DNA from: Cyanidioschyzon merolae
Lineage: Eukaryota
Length of the DNA: 64,000 nucleotides
Direction: 5' to 3' (one strand)
Assembly (NCBI GenBank): GCA_000091205.1
Contig: AP006501.2
Part shown: positions 23,081 to 35,489 of the stretch, piece after piece
Layout of the letters: every line of letters begins with the position of its first letter
Numbering within the stretch: position 1 is the first letter of the stretch
The notes under the pieces: generated by a model
What the model saw: only the letters and a program-made list of their open reading frames with translations
Database searches by the model: none
What the model was told of the DNA's origin: nothing
Translations under genes and position numbers: made by a program

Positions 23081-24555
23081 GCTAGCTATGGAGCCCCAGA
23101 CCGCATCCCGGTATAACCACGTCGCTCTATCCCTGTGCAGCGACATGTGTGATATGAGGTCTCGTTCGAGGGCGTCGCGAATGATCCCGATGACGATGCC
23201 GTAAAGAATTCCACTGGTCGAGAGTCGAGCGAGCCTGCCCGAACAAATGTACTGCGAATCTAAGAACTGGATGAGTCCTTGGGCACTTGTTGCTCTACTT
23301 TGAACATCGAGGTTGTACATAGAAAAAAAGAGGTCGAAAAGAAATCCAAATGCTGGGGCAGAGCGAGCAGCTCGTTATCCCGTTCTAATCTGACACGAAC
23401 GCAGATACATCACAGGTGTCGGTGATCCGGTCGAGGACGTCAGCGCTTCCGGAGCCTCGACACAGCGCCACGTTCAGCGACCCCGTGTTCCTTTACAATG
23501 GAGACGTTTTTCATGTATCCGCTGAATCCCTAGATTCCAAATCCATCAAAGTCGGATAGAACCAGATGATTTGCAGTACTCGGGATGGCGTCGGCTCAGG
23601 CTTGCCAACACCGCACCTCGTATGGAATGGATGCGCCTCGGCCATGCGACAACCGCGGGCACGCAAGCATACCGCACGACATTCACGTCGACGGACATAA
23701 TACTCGTGAACCAGCCTTTCTCCATGAAGCTGCACCCAATTACGATCGTGTGTATCACGCAAGCATCGATTCGTGCCCGTCTAATGCACCGGTGCAGGGC
23801 AGTGCTGTGTCGTGCGAAGTTCGTGGAAAACGCACCGGCCTCTGGGGTGCTGGTAGCATCCTGCTCTTCGACTGTAGCTTTTGAGAGATGTGCACGTGAT
23901 CGCGCTGGGTCAAGTCGATCCATACCGAGCGCCCGCCCAGGTTTTTCGCGTAGACAGGATCGGGGACCACAGCCATGGATCGATCGATGCGAAGTCGACG
24001 AGATCGCTCCCGAGCTACAGGGACGTGCATCGGGCTTCCTCGACGAGACTTGGCCAGTGCTCGCTGACACATGCTGGAAAACGAAATCCGGGGATCGAAC
24101 CAGCCACTGAGACATACATCGAAAGAGAATGGAAAAACTGCGAATCCACGAGCGGCCCTATGTCGGAATGCTCCCGTCAGAAGCGGCAAGGACAGCGCTG
24201 TGACGCATCCGTCACGATCCAGATCTCGACACGCTGACCGCGGCTCCAGCGCATCTGACACAAGATACCCTAATTCATGCCGAGCTTCCAAACGCTGATG
24301 TACTTTCTTCGAACGAGTCCTCCGTGAATTCATCGTTGTCATGCCGCTCCGATCGAAGCAGACGCAGGTTTGCATGCAGATCTTGTTCGGTAGGAGCGCG
24401 AGTCCCATTGGCGTGCCGACGGCCGATCAAGCATCGATGGTGCCTCCCAAACCCCGTGCAACGTGAATCACGCCTCTAATAAACACCCTCAAGGATAGAA
24501 ACAAGCTGTTCTGCCTCCGTGCTGCGTCCGCAATGGCGCGATAAGCGTCGCAGAG

Positions 24556-24590
24556 AGCGCGCGCGCACACACACACACTCCACACACCAG
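24556..24590. repeat. (GC)n(CA)n dinucleotide microsatellite
   Basis: gcgcgcgcacacacacacactccacacacc is seen directly. Confidence 0.7.
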
Positions 24591-25183
24591 ACTCGGCATC
24601 CGGATGATTGTATCAATCATCCAGGATTCCCAATCGAATCTACGGGTGCTGTTGACCGATGGAATGGAACGTTACAGTGCGACATGATGGACGCTTCCCC
24701 GGATGCGCTGGACCATTCGTAGCACTGGGTATTCCCTGGTCCTTGGAGACGATCCGTCGATCAGCTGTTGGAAACGAACGTCTACCTAGCGGGTATCGCG
24801 ATGCCGGACGTTATCGTCAGCGATCCGCAGCGGTGGCGGCAGGCGCCAGGGCGCCCCGCGCGCTGGCATGTCCGCATTGTCGCAGGTTACGTAGCCGTAG
24901 CCTGTTTTTTACCGAAGAACGGACGACCTGTGCGAACATCCTCAAGTTGCTAACGCTGAAACGTTTGTTCGTGAACGCTTGGCAACTCCTTGTGTCCGGG
25001 GACAAGTATTTCGGTTAGGGGAGCAGGATACCGGGGGTTAGCGAGCGTTCTGAATACGACGACACACAGCCCGGAGAGTCATAGAGGTTGCTCTTCGTGC
25101 TTCGCTTGGGAGGGTGGCTAGCGCTGCCTCCGGACAGGACGAGTACTCCGGTCCAACTTCAGCAAACCGGAAACCGAACAGCG

Positions 25184-28100
25184 ATGGACCCACAGCGACG
25201 TACGAAGGGTCTTTCCCGACGTTCTGCCGCAGAGCGCATCCTCCGCCTAGGGACGCAGTCGCTTGGGGAGAACGGGAGCTCGGAACGCATCCACGAAACG
25301 GGGGCAATGACTGAAACGACCGGTGCGCTGTCAGGTGCTCGTTCCAGGCGAGCGCCGGGGACTGCCACTTCTTGGCAAGGCCCACGCGCCGGGCGGTATC
25401 TGCCACCTGGCGTGGACGTGGACGGTCTGGGTGCGCTTCCGCACGAGAGCCTCTCGCCGCTCACTGTGGAGAAAACAGCACTTGAGACACCGACGCCCGC
25501 TGACCTGAAGCAAAACGGCGCACTCGCGTTCGCTAACGACGAGCAGGTTTCCATCAACTTGCCGGAAAAGAACGAACCATCTGGTGATCCAGGCCCGGAG
25601 GCGTACTCCAAAGCGTCTACCCTACAGACCTTGCGGCAGCGCTGGTTCGTGAAAGCACCGCCCCGGCCACGCACCATATACCTGGAGAGTGGTACCACTA
25701 ATCCCAGCAAGCGTCGTTTTCCTGACAATGCAGTGCGGAACTCCAAATACAATGCGCTAACATTCTTTCCGCGGGCATTGTACGAGGAGTTTCGAATGTT
25801 TTACAATATATTCTTCCTGCTTATCGCGATTTCGCAGCTCATCCCCGCGTTGCGCGTCGGCTACCTGGTTACCTACATTGGACCGCTTGCCTTTGTGCTG
25901 GCGGTGTCCATGAGTAAATCCGCCGTGGACGACATCCTCCGCCGCCGCCGGGATCACGAAGTCAATCGTCAGGTCTACGAGAAGCTCGTAGCTGGCGGCA
26001 ATGGTGCTGTGGAGCGACGCACAACCCGCGCCTGCGATCTACGCGTCGGTGACCTCATCGTGCTGTCGAAGGACCAGCGCGTCCCAGCGGACTGTATCCT
26101 CATGAGGGCATCTCCGGATCCGAACGGAACTGTTTTTCTCCGCACAGACCATTTGGACGGGGAAACAGATTGGAAGCTGCGCCGCGCCGCCCATTCGACG
26201 CAGTTGCTTCCCAGTGACGAGAGCCTCGTCGGGTTACAAGCCTCGGTTTGGGCAGAGGCACCGCGCAAGGAGATCTACGAGTTTCACGGTAACTTGTACC
26301 TGCAGAATGGAACGATCGAACCCCTTGGTCTGGAAAATACGCTCTGGGCAAGCACGGTGCTCGCTAGCGGGAATGCGATCGCGCTGGTGATCTACACCGG
26401 CGCGGAGACGCGTTCGATGATGAACATGACGGAGCCGCCATCCAAAGTGGGTCTGCTCGATGAAGAAATCAATTTTCTGAGCAAACTGCTTTTCTTATTG
26501 CTCTTCTCAATGGCGTTTATTCTGCTCTGTTTCAAGGGCTTTGGTCGTCACTGGTTTCTCTACCTGCTGCGCTACCTACTGCTGCTGGCGTCGATCATTC
26601 CGATTTCGATGCGCATCAATTTGGATTTAGCGAAATATGTGTACAAATTTGTAATTGAACGAGATCATGCCATGCCCGGTGCCGTGGTGCGCAACTCGGA
26701 TATCCCCGAGGAGCTCGGTCGCCTGGACTTCATCCTCACAGATAAGACCGGAACACTCACGAAGAATGAGATGGTTTTCAAGAAAATTCATTTTGGGTCC
26801 ATGTTATTCGGGCGAGAGGCCATGGACGACCTGAAAACGTATGTGGAACGCGCGTTCGACGGCGGCAAAGAGTCGCTCGATCGCGAGATCCGCGAGTCTA
26901 TGCTCGCGATCGCCCTGGCTCACAACGTGACCCCAGTTGATAACGATTTTCAGGCTGCATCACCGGATGAGGTTGCCTTGGTTCAGTTCGCAAACGCGAC
27001 TGGGGTGCAGCTCATCGAGCATACACCGACCCGGATTCGCTTGCGCGTTCCTGGTGGTGGCATTGCAACATTCGAGATTCTGGTTGAGTTTCCGTTCACC
27101 TCGGTGGCCAAACGCATGGGTATTGTGGTGCATGGACCGCAGGAGCCTAATGTGCCGATTCCGCGGCGCATTATGTTCTTTGTGAAAGGTGCCGATTCTA
27201 TCATCGGTCGAATGGTGCGAGCGAATGACTGGCTCGATGAAGAGTGCGGGAACATGGCTCGGGAGGGTCTACGCACACTCGTCTACGCCATGCGGTATCT
27301 GACAGAACCCGAATATCGGGAGTTCGCTGAGCTGTATGGAGCGGCGCGTGCGCGCACCCAGGGGCGTACCGAGGCCATGGCCGCCGCCCAGGCGCGTCTG
27401 GAACGCGATCTGAAGCTGCTCTGTATCACCGGTGTCGAGGACACGCTGCAGGATGGTGTGAAGGCGACCCTGGAACAACTGCGCCAAGCAGAATTCCATA
27501 TTTGGATGCTCACCGGTGACAAGGTCGAGACCGCCAAATGCATCGGTACCAGCAGTCGCCTAGTCGGTCGGAATCAGCGCACGTTCACGATAAGCGGCGT
27601 CGAGAGCCGTACCGTTGCCTCCCGACAACTCGCACAGTTCAAGCGTCGCCAGAATGAGGTGCTCGTGATCGACGGCACCACACTGGATGTCATGTTGCAC
27701 CATTTCCCCGAGGATTTCATTCAGGTGGCGGGCAAAGCGCCGGCCGTTATCGCATGTCGCTGTTCGCCGACGCAGAAAGGCGAGCTAGCGCGCCTCATCC
27801 GTCGACATCTGGGCAAGCGGGTGCTCGCCATTGGCGACGGCGGCAATGACGTAGCCATGATTCGACGGGCGAACGTGGGTGTCGGGATACCCGGCAAGGA
27901 GGGTCGCCAAGCCAGCATGGCCGCCGACTTTAGCGTTGCACAGTTCTCGCATCTGCCGCGGTTGCTCGTGTGGCACGGCCGCAACTGCTACAAACGCTCG
28001 GCGTGCTTGGCGCAATTCGTCATTCATCGAGGCCTGATGATCGCGGTGATTCAGATGTGTTTCTCGGCGTTTTTCTATTTCGCGGCAGTTTCCGTTTTCA

Positions 28101-28657
28101 ATGGGCTCCTCATGGTCGGCTATGCCACCATCTTCACCATGTTGCCGATATTCTCGCTCATCCTCGACCGAGACGTTCGAGATACGATCGCCATGGCGTA
28201 CCCGGAACTCTACAGCGAGCTCCGGCGCGGGCGTTCTTTGAACGTGCGCACGTTTCTGACCTGGGTTTTGAAAGGGTTTTACAGCGGCACGGCGATTATG
28301 ACATTTGCTGTCTTGGTGCTATGGAACGACGATTTTTTCACCACCGCGAATATTCAAGCGGTGGCATTCACTGCGCTCATAATCTTGGAGCTGCTCATGG
28401 TTGCGAGCGAAATTCACACCTGGCATTATTTGATGCTGCTCAGCGAAGCCTTGAGTCTGCTGTTCTATGCGCTCGCGATCTTTATCCTTACACAGGAGTT
28501 CAATCGCCGGCTCGTGTTCTCGGTCGGGTTCATCTGGAAGACGGCGGTTATCGTGATCGTTGCTTGGTTGCCCATTGAGCTCGCCAAGCGCATCGATCGC
28601 TGCCTTCGGCCGCCGCGGTACCTCAAAGTCGGCGAAGCGCCCGCGAGTACTGCGTAA
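25184..28657 (+). CDS. P4-type phospholipid-transporting ATPase (flippase), Neo1/ATP9-like
   Basis: P4 N-terminal signature RRFPDNAVRNSKYNALTFFPRALYEEFRMFYNIFFLLIAISQLIP. Also LDGETDWKLR, the phosphorylation site ILTDKTGTLTKNEM, TGDKVETA and GDGGNDVAMI, with 10 predicted transmembrane segments. The track start at 25088 is TTG and the first ATG is at 25184. Confidence 0.85.
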   Translation: MDPQRRTKGLSRRSAAERILRLGTQSLGENGSSERIHETGAMTETTGALSGARSRRAPGTATSWQGPRAGRYLPPGVDVDGLGALPHESLSPLTVEKTALETPTPADLKQNGALAFANDEQVSINLPEKNEPSGDPGPEAYSKASTLQTLRQRWFVKAPPRPRTIYLESGTTNPSKRRFPDNAVRNSKYNALTFFPRALYEEFRMFYNIFFLLIAISQLIPALRVGYLVTYIGPLAFVLAVSMSKSAVDDILRRRRDHEVNRQVYEKLVAGGNGAVERRTTRACDLRVGDLIVLSKDQRVPADCILMRASPDPNGTVFLRTDHLDGETDWKLRRAAHSTQLLPSDESLVGLQASVWAEAPRKEIYEFHGNLYLQNGTIEPLGLENTLWASTVLASGNAIALVIYTGAETRSMMNMTEPPSKVGLLDEEINFLSKLLFLLLFSMAFILLCFKGFGRHWFLYLLRYLLLLASIIPISMRINLDLAKYVYKFVIERDHAMPGAVVRNSDIPEELGRLDFILTDKTGTLTKNEMVFKKIHFGSMLFGREAMDDLKTYVERAFDGGKESLDREIRESMLAIALAHNVTPVDNDFQAASPDEVALVQFANATGVQLIEHTPTRIRLRVPGGGIATFEILVEFPFTSVAKRMGIVVHGPQEPNVPIPRRIMFFVKGADSIIGRMVRANDWLDEECGNMAREGLRTLVYAMRYLTEPEYREFAELYGAARARTQGRTEAMAAAQARLERDLKLLCITGVEDTLQDGVKATLEQLRQAEFHIWMLTGDKVETAKCIGTSSRLVGRNQRTFTISGVESRTVASRQLAQFKRRQNEVLVIDGTTLDVMLHHFPEDFIQVAGKAPAVIACRCSPTQKGELARLIRRHLGKRVLAIGDGGNDVAMIRRANVGVGIPGKEGRQASMAADFSVAQFSHLPRLLVWHGRNCYKRSACLAQFVIHRGLMIAVIQMCFSAFFYFAAVSVFNGLLMVGYATIFTMLPIFSLILDRDVRDTIAMAYPELYSELRRGRSLNVRTFLTWVLKGFYSGTAIMTFAVLVLWNDDFFTTANIQAVAFTALIILELLMVASEIHTWHYLMLLSEALSLLFYALAIFILTQEFNRRLVFSVGFIWKTAVIVIVAWLPIELAKRIDRCLRPPRYLKVGEAPASTA

Positions 28658-28737
28658 CGCCAGCAGTTTGCAGCGACAGCGATAACTGCGACCAGGAGCG
28701 TCGCCCGACGACTCAGACGCTTGGTCGCAAGCACCTG

Positions 28738-29919
28738 CTACCGCGGCGACGGCGCTGGTGGCGGCTCCGAATACGGCAGTGGTGCCGCTGTCGTCGGAGG
28801 CGCCGGTCGCCCGTATGCTGTGTCCGGTCGCGTCAGGTATCGGACCGGAACGGCAATATCCTCGGGGGTATCGAGCTCGAGCTCCTGCTTGCCAGCGTAG
28901 TTTTCTCCGACATCGGCCCGATTCGCGCCGCAACTCCCGGTATCGTCGGCGGGCATCGCCGCCACCCCGGATTCCATCGTAGCGCCTGTCGGTGCTTCCA
29001 GTGCTGCCTTTCGCATGAGGGTCCAGTCGAACGCATTGTCGTCCTGATAGCCTTTGCGCCGATAAAGGTCCCGGAATAGCCTTCGCAGATAATTGTAGTC
29101 GGGCTTGTCCTCAAAGCGCAGTGAGCGGCAGTAGTTCAGATACGTGGCGAACTCGGACGGAAAGCCGCGACACAAGATATCCACAGGGGTGCATATTTTG
29201 CGTTCACTGATTTTTTCGTACTTTTGTTTCTTGGTGGCTGCTTTCAGACCTTGCCACGGCAAGCTGCCTCGATTAAAATACATGAGTACGTAGCCAAGTG
29301 ACTCGAGGTCGTCGCGTCGGCACTGTTCAATGCCAAGGTGCGTGTTGATACTCGCATACCGCGCGGTCCCAGTCAGGTTCTTGTTCTCTCGATACGGAAT
29401 ATGCACAAGCGTACGCGGGTCACGATACTTTTTCGCCAAGCCAAAGTCGATGAGAAATACCACGCTCGAGTCCCGTCGCAGACCCATGAGAAAGTTGTCC
29501 GGTTTGATATCGCGGTGAATGAAGGAGCGACTGTGCACGTACTCGATACGCTGGATCATTTGGTCCGCCAGCATCAACACGGTTTTCAGGGAAAACCGCC
29601 GGTGACAAAAGTTGAAAAGATCTTCCAGCGACGGACCGAGTAACTGCATCGCTAGGATGTTAAAGTCGCCCTCGGTGCCGTACCAGTGAACCTGCGGGAT
29701 CCCGACCGCAGGCTGACCCGTCGCAGGGTTCGTTCCCAGGTAACGGTAGATTTTGCTCTCATAGCTCAGCTGGGGATGCCTTGTTTTCGTCGACTCGAGC
29801 TTTATCGCAACCTCCTCACCAGTGTACACGTTTGTACCGAGGTAGATGTCCCCGAAGGAGCCGGAACCGATTTTGCGGCCGAGCCGCCACTTCCCACCAA
29901 CCCGCAGTTCAACCGACAT
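28738..29919 (-). CDS. Casein kinase I
   Basis: Reads [43 protein letters not shown]...[12 protein letters not shown]...[10 protein letters not shown]...[52 protein letters not shown]. The ATG is at 29917..29919 on the minus strand. The track ORF started upstream with TTG. It converges on the flippase with only about 80 bp between the two stop codons. Confidence 0.9.
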   Translation of the reverse strand: MSVELRVGGKWRLGRKIGSGSFGDIYLGTNVYTGEEVAIKLESTKTRHPQLSYESKIYRYLGTNPATGQPAVGIPQVHWYGTEGDFNILAMQLLGPSLEDLFNFCHRRFSLKTVLMLADQMIQRIEYVHSRSFIHRDIKPDNFLMGLRRDSSVVFLIDFGLAKKYRDPRTLVHIPYRENKNLTGTARYASINTHLGIEQCRRDDLESLGYVLMYFNRGSLPWQGLKAATKKQKYEKISERKICTPVDILCRGFPSEFATYLNYCRSLRFEDKPDYNYLRRLFRDLYRRKGYQDDNAFDWTLMRKAALEAPTGATMESGVAAMPADDTGSCGANRADVGENYAGKQELELDTPEDIAVPVRYLTRPDTAYGRPAPPTTAAPLPYSEPPPAPSPR

Positions 29920-30043
29920 GATTGCGCCCTTTCCCAGACACCACCAGGTGTTCAGCGAGCACGTGTAGCTTTCCGAGACGTCCTCTCGAACAGGGACGTT
30001 TCTCGCGCTGGACTCGACGCTCGAGCGCTCGCCTCGTATACAG

Positions 30044-30092
30044 GTGCGTGTGCGTATGCGTGTGCGTGCACGTGACTGCGTGTGCGTGTGTG
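30044..30092. repeat. Alternating purine-pyrimidine (GTGCGT-type) tract about 125 bp upstream of the casein kinase I start codon
   Basis: gtgcgtgtgcgtatgcgtgtgcgtgcacgtgactgcgtgtgcgtgtgtgac is seen directly. It has Z-DNA-prone composition. Confidence 0.6.
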
Positions 30093-33000
30093 ACAACGGG
30101 CGAGCGCGCGATGCGTGCAGGTACGACGTATGCGCCCGCTGGGCATGCAGCAGCAGCGCCGTCGACGTCGACGCCGCTGATGCCGTCGACGGCGACGACG
30201 ACGGCAATGCGGCACGCCTGGCAGCAACGGTCTTGAGACCAAGGCGGTGTACCGCCTGACCCCATGTCCGCGGACTTGTACACGAAGCGGGCTGGGATTA
30301 GAGGCCGGTAACGCCGGCAACCTCAAAAGGCGCCGAAACGCCCTGCAAGTGCCGGCACTGGTGACCGCGGAGCGCCAACTGCCGCTTGGTGTGCTCAATG
30401 ATCCTAACGCTGATGATCCTGCTATTGCAGTTTTCATAGCAGCTCGGCAACCGCGCTTTGGTAAGGAGCAAAATCGTCAAAAGCCGGCAGTGATCGCTGT
30501 CGCTGCGGTTGCCGCATCACCTCTTGGTATCGCGAATGGCGTCCTTGATGCCATTGTCGATGCACTCGTGGACGTCGTTCGACGTCTGGATCCCTCGTTG
30601 CCGTCGACATCGGTCCATGAGCGAGCGATTCGAAGGTCGATGGTTGCAGCGATAGGGCCGAACCCTGCGACTGCAGATTACGGGTTCGTCACGGTTCGTT
30701 CGGATGTGCTGAAAGCGATTTTCTTGCCGTGGGCGGAACGCCCGCATGTCGGCCTGTCACGCCGCTGCTATTTTGTTCAGGATATTCAAAACGATGTGCA
30801 TTCAGTGATTTGTCGGAGCCGACGTACGCGTCTATCCTTTACGGTTTTGGCGCAGCGTCTGACGGGGCGTCACCGGAGCCTGGCGAACCCGTTACCAGCG
30901 ACACGTGAGTCGCACGGTATCCAGTTCCCGTTGCAAGAGTGGCATCTTCGACTCGCGCCTCCTGTTTACGAACGATTGCGCTGCATTGGCGTTGGACAAG
31001 TTGAGTTGACGCGCGTGCTTTTGCCGCGCGTGCCGATCACATCTCGCGAGGATATGCGTCATTTTTCCTACATCGTTTTTGGAGTGATTGAGAGTGTGGG
31101 CGTTGTCTGATGCAATGCAGACCGGGGGTTTCCCCAGCCCTAGTGTGCAACGCGTTCCAAAAGACGTGTTCTGCTTGATGGACACTAAGCGTTTTGATCA
31201 GCGGCCGACTTGTTGCATCGTACGCGAGTCCCGGTGCCAGAGCGGAGGCAGCCTTTTCCGCCAGCCTGTGTCAATGGAGATGTGCTTTAGCGGGCTCGCG
31301 TCTGCTGACCTTGATTCCAGTTTAGTGCGCTTTCGGCATGAGTCTGTGAGCAATTCATCACCGGACGAGATCAAGTGTTTCCCCTGCCTATCCAGCGCTG
31401 CGAGTGATTGCATGCGCAAGTTGCCTCGCGATAGAACAATAGGAGACTTGAAGAACGTCTGCTTCGAGCTTGCGACATGGAAGGAAAACGCAAGAATCGG
31501 GGCCTGTACATATAAATGGGTTTTCATATCGATTACTGTACGAAGCCTTGCACGAGGGCATCGCTCATCATCATCATGATACCAATCACGTAACGTTTCC
31601 CAGCGACAGAGCGTCGAAGGAGCCACTCCGAAAAAATCGGTCTATCATCGTGGAACTAGGCGTGAATCCGTAAATCCTAATTGCTGAACTTGGATTATCA
31701 AGGCTGTCCGAGTATAAAATCAAGTTCCGAAAATCAACGAAAAGCAGGAGTAGAACGAGCAGTCCAGTTATCTCGTTTTATCGGAGCCGCGCGCATGGTG
31801 GATGCGCTTCTGCAGCGTGTTTGCGTTCGGTCCGTTAGCGCGCGTTGCGAGGCTTGCGTTCTGATTTTATGAAAGCTGGTGTTTCTCAGGTTATTGTAGA
31901 TACGTTTGTGGTGGCTTGTCTCGGTCTTGCCGGAGCCATTATTGGTCTGGAGTACGCTTTGGACGGTGACGAAGCCGCCTGCAGCGAACTCACCAACGGC
32001 AAGGACGAGGTTGCCGACGATGCCGTTCGGGCACACGTGAGTGCAACGTGGCGCAGCGCTGCACTTTCGCGGGGTAGCGCAAGTGCCTGGCGGGACCTGA
32101 AACTGTTTTTAGACGAGCACGTCGCACCGGAGCTACCCAAGATGTTCCGTTTGATCGGACAGCATTGGCTGACCCCGAAAACTGCCTGGTTGTGGTCCGT
32201 GGTAAGCAGCTGGCGGGCAATCGCCTGAAAAGATGCGAGTTTCGAGCTGCGAGGCAAAAGCTGCGGCAAATTAGACTCGAAGTCACGACCTTAGGATGGC
32301 TTTCTTGGGCTCGTGTTATGAGACGTACGCGCTGTGGCACTGAGACTGAACTGGACAAAGTAGAACCAACTGCGCTACTACATCCAATGATTTCAGTTCG
32401 CCGTGGTCTACGTCTGCACCCCATAGCGTCGGGGGTTCGTTGCACCTGCGGCGCGTGCGTTTGTTTGTGCTCGCTTGCGTACGCTCTTTTTCACTAACCG
32501 TTTCAGCATGGTGTCACTTGTATTGTGCAACTTGATTGGATTTGCACCTTTTTGGACAGGTACGGCCTCGGTGCGCACCTTGTTGCGCAGATGGGATGCT
32601 TGCTTCATGACGTCAGTGCTATGATCCCTTGTCGTGAGGTACAGATGCGCATGAAGCGATAGCGCCCTTTGGCGGGTGCACGGTTGGTGTGCCGGAATGT
32701 GCACTCATCTGGTCAGCGTAAATTTATCATGCGGCATGCTTGCACCCAAGTCGACGTATACACGGACGAGCACGACCTTGCCTCAGTTATTTTTGGGGTA
32801 CGGAGTAGGGCGCTGCATGATCGTGTAGACGAACCGGGGGATTCCCGATTGCGCCATGGTTATCGGTATCCGCGAAAGCGTTCATCATTCTGCACGGGAC
32901 CGCCGCGTTTCAGGAGCCAATGCCGATAACTTCTTTTCGGAATTAGGGTTTGTTCGTCCAATTTTCCTGGTGCCGAGCGCCTGCCGTGTGCGCCCACTAT

Positions 33001-34331
33001 GTTGCCACTAGCGTCGATATGGTTATCGCATGGCAACGGAGCGGCTTTTCCATACCATGATTGAAGAAAGCTCGAGGCATGAGCCTGCTTGTACACGCCC
33101 GCGGGCTCGCGGAACGCGTCCCTCACGGACGACTCGGATATGCACTGGCACCGGAGCTGGTGTATTTGCAGCTGCATACCCAATCGATGCTCTTTCGCCT
33201 ACGAGCTGGTGCGTCACATAAAAAGCAAACGAAATTACTAGGTACCGTCATATCTTCGGGACGGCACAGCGTTGCAGGTTGGTCGAGCAGTCGCCCAAAC
33301 TTTGGTGTGAGGCGACGCGGGTCGACGGACAACATAATGGTAACGTCCGACATGCTGCGGTTCCTGGAGGGTTTCGCCGTTTTCCTGGACGGCGTAACAG
33401 GGAGCACTCGTGATTCAAGCTGACACCGAGACAGCGGCCCCACGCGGTCACTTTTAGACGTCCATGGTAAGTGCCATAAAACAGTGCGAGGCTCTCACGC
33501 AGATCCGTGTCGATGATGCTACCAGATACGTTTGCTCATCAGCTTGGCCGCTCTTTCCGACGTTTCCGTGGCCGTATCCACCTATTCGATGTCCATTGGC
33601 AAGCACATTTGGTCATAGAGCACTCGCTAGCAAACAGCATAGCACAGCACTGCAGATCCTCGGCAGTTCTTGGAGCACCGCTCACACCGGTGACGCATCG
33701 CGAGTGCGCACCGCATCCTGTGCCTCGTGCTGAACTAGGTCCGTTTGATCGCATGGCATTCGCGAAAGACGCATGCAGATGGTGTGTATCGCGTTTGGCA
33801 GAGGGCTATGTTATTCAAACCAGTGAACCTGAAACAGTCTGTCATTGAGATGTTTATCGACAAACGCGTGGATGCGGCATCCTATCGTTCGCGGAGCGTC
33901 CTGTCATAGTGCCAGCGAAGAGTCGGAACTCTTACGCGAGCAGAGCTGCATTCGTTTTATTTTGCAAGCAGCCCCGGTCCGTGCAGCTGCTTGCATTCTT
34001 CCGCAGATTTACATCCATCAAGGAGCGTCAAATCGTTCCTGCTAAAGCGCACAGAAACGTCGCGCGAAAGCATGTATCCGAGGATGTCGGGTGACTCCAA
34101 CGGCGAACAAGATCCCAGCCATTGCCGCCTACGATACGATTTGGGTAAGGCGCTTATGGAAACAGGTCGGGCCGATGCAGCCCATTTATGCACAGGCACT
34201 TGCTCTTCGTTGTGTTGACCTATAGTGCAGTCCACTGCTATTGCAATGTTCATGCACACATGCTCCAGATTATCTACCGAAATCATGGGGGTAGGCCGCA
34301 GCGTAGTCTCCAGAAAGCTCATGGAACAGTT

Positions 34332-35456
34332 TCATGGATGAATAGTATCTTTGAATTCAAAGAACGAGTCATGCATGCGAATGAAAGAGTACTCCTCGCA
34401 TGACCCACAACACCCGTATAAATTAGGTTCTTTGTGAAAGATAGCGAACCCGGCGTGCATAAAACCTTGGAAAAACTCATCCACTTCTGGGATAGAGGCG
34501 ATACCCGCGTGCACTTCGATAAGGACTTGATTCACGTGCCGCAGCGCGTGCCAGGTTCTCAAGGCATATTGCTCTTCAGAGCTGAGTTCACGTTGGCTCC
34601 GTCCTTGGCGAAGGAGCTTGTCGGCTGCCCGGAACGCTCCCAAGAAAGAGGTGAACTCACCACCCTCGATATCGATCTTGAGCACCTCGACGACGTTTGG
34701 CAGCTCCAGGTGACCCAATCCAGACATGATCTCCGCCAGCGAATTGTTGCTCTCAGCCGGGCCAAGCGGCCGGCGAAAAAAACGAACGCGTTCCAGAAAG
34801 CTCTCGGAGTGCATCGCAGATGGTGGCGATGATGTTGGGTCAAAGACGAAAAAATCGCAGTCCGGCAAGCGTTCATGAAGCTTCGTTTCGAAACTGAAAT
34901 CGTTGTTGCTACCAAAACTGTACACAATGCAGCGATACGGGAGCCTGAGCTGCTCACGAAACAGCCGTCCCCGGTTCAGGATAGCAGGTGGGTCGCACAC
35001 CCATTTGCCACCGTCTCCGTTGTTACCGATCCGTTCCTCTAAGGCACAGCCGATATCCGGTTCCCAGTTATTGTAGAAAAAAACCGACGGGTTCGGTTCG
35101 AGGGTAACGGTCTGGCGCTTTCGCTGACGTCGTAACCGAATCCTCCGTTGGGCCCAGAGCGCGTCCGACTCGCACCAGAAGCCGAGCGACTCTTTCAGTG
35201 CTCGCGTGTCCTTCGAAGTCACTGGTAGGGTCCGGTCCCAAATCTCCGTCAGGGTTTTCGCGTTGCGCAAAGAGCTCCCACGACGAAGAGCCCTCGACAC
35301 GGAGCGAACGCAGCTGTCATCCACGGCGGGAAGATCCGCGCGCTGGACACCACTAGAGCGTCCGTTGAGAACACTAGTAGCGCGGTATATTACGATAAGA
35401 GCATAAATAAGAAAAGTCAAAGCCCCTGAAGCGATGCACGGTTTTCGCCACGTCAT
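34332..35456 (-). CDS. FkbM-family (Methyltransf_21-like) methyltransferase domain protein with an N-terminal hydrophobic anchor
   Basis: Shows ...CIVYSFGSNNDFSFETKLHERLPDCDFFVFDP...LKIDIEGGEFTSFL.... The first 80 codons of the track ORF 34332..35696 are a frame-shifted read of the element copy-1 3' tail (GRPLKVELYEKK echoes [12 protein letters not shown] of copy 2). I therefore place the start at the first ATG outside the element, 35456 (MTWRKPCIASGALTFLIYALIVIY). Confidence 0.5.
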   Translation of the reverse strand: MTWRKPCIASGALTFLIYALIVIYRATSVLNGRSSGVQRADLPAVDDSCVRSVSRALRRGSSLRNAKTLTEIWDRTLPVTSKDTRALKESLGFWCESDALWAQRRIRLRRQRKRQTVTLEPNPSVFFYNNWEPDIGCALEERIGNNGDGGKWVCDPPAILNRGRLFREQLRLPYRCIVYSFGSNNDFSFETKLHERLPDCDFFVFDPTSSPPSAMHSESFLERVRFFRRPLGPAESNNSLAEIMSGLGHLELPNVVEVLKIDIEGGEFTSFLGAFRAADKLLRQGRSQRELSSEEQYALRTWHALRHVNQVLIEVHAGIASIPEVDEFFQGFMHAGFAIFHKEPNLYGCCGSCEEYSFIRMHDSFFEFKDTIHP

Positions 35457-35489
35457 GCCGGCCACTGAAAACAAACGTCTTTCAAAAGA

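Noticed and set aside
25088-25183. ORF-track starts of the flippase and of RAD52, AI-2E, MYB, ACP, LRR, rhodanese and casein kinase I
   Set aside because: Reading the first codon on the sequence shows these M residues are GTG or TTG, which are bacterial-style alternative starts. In a eukaryote I moved each to the first in-frame ATG.
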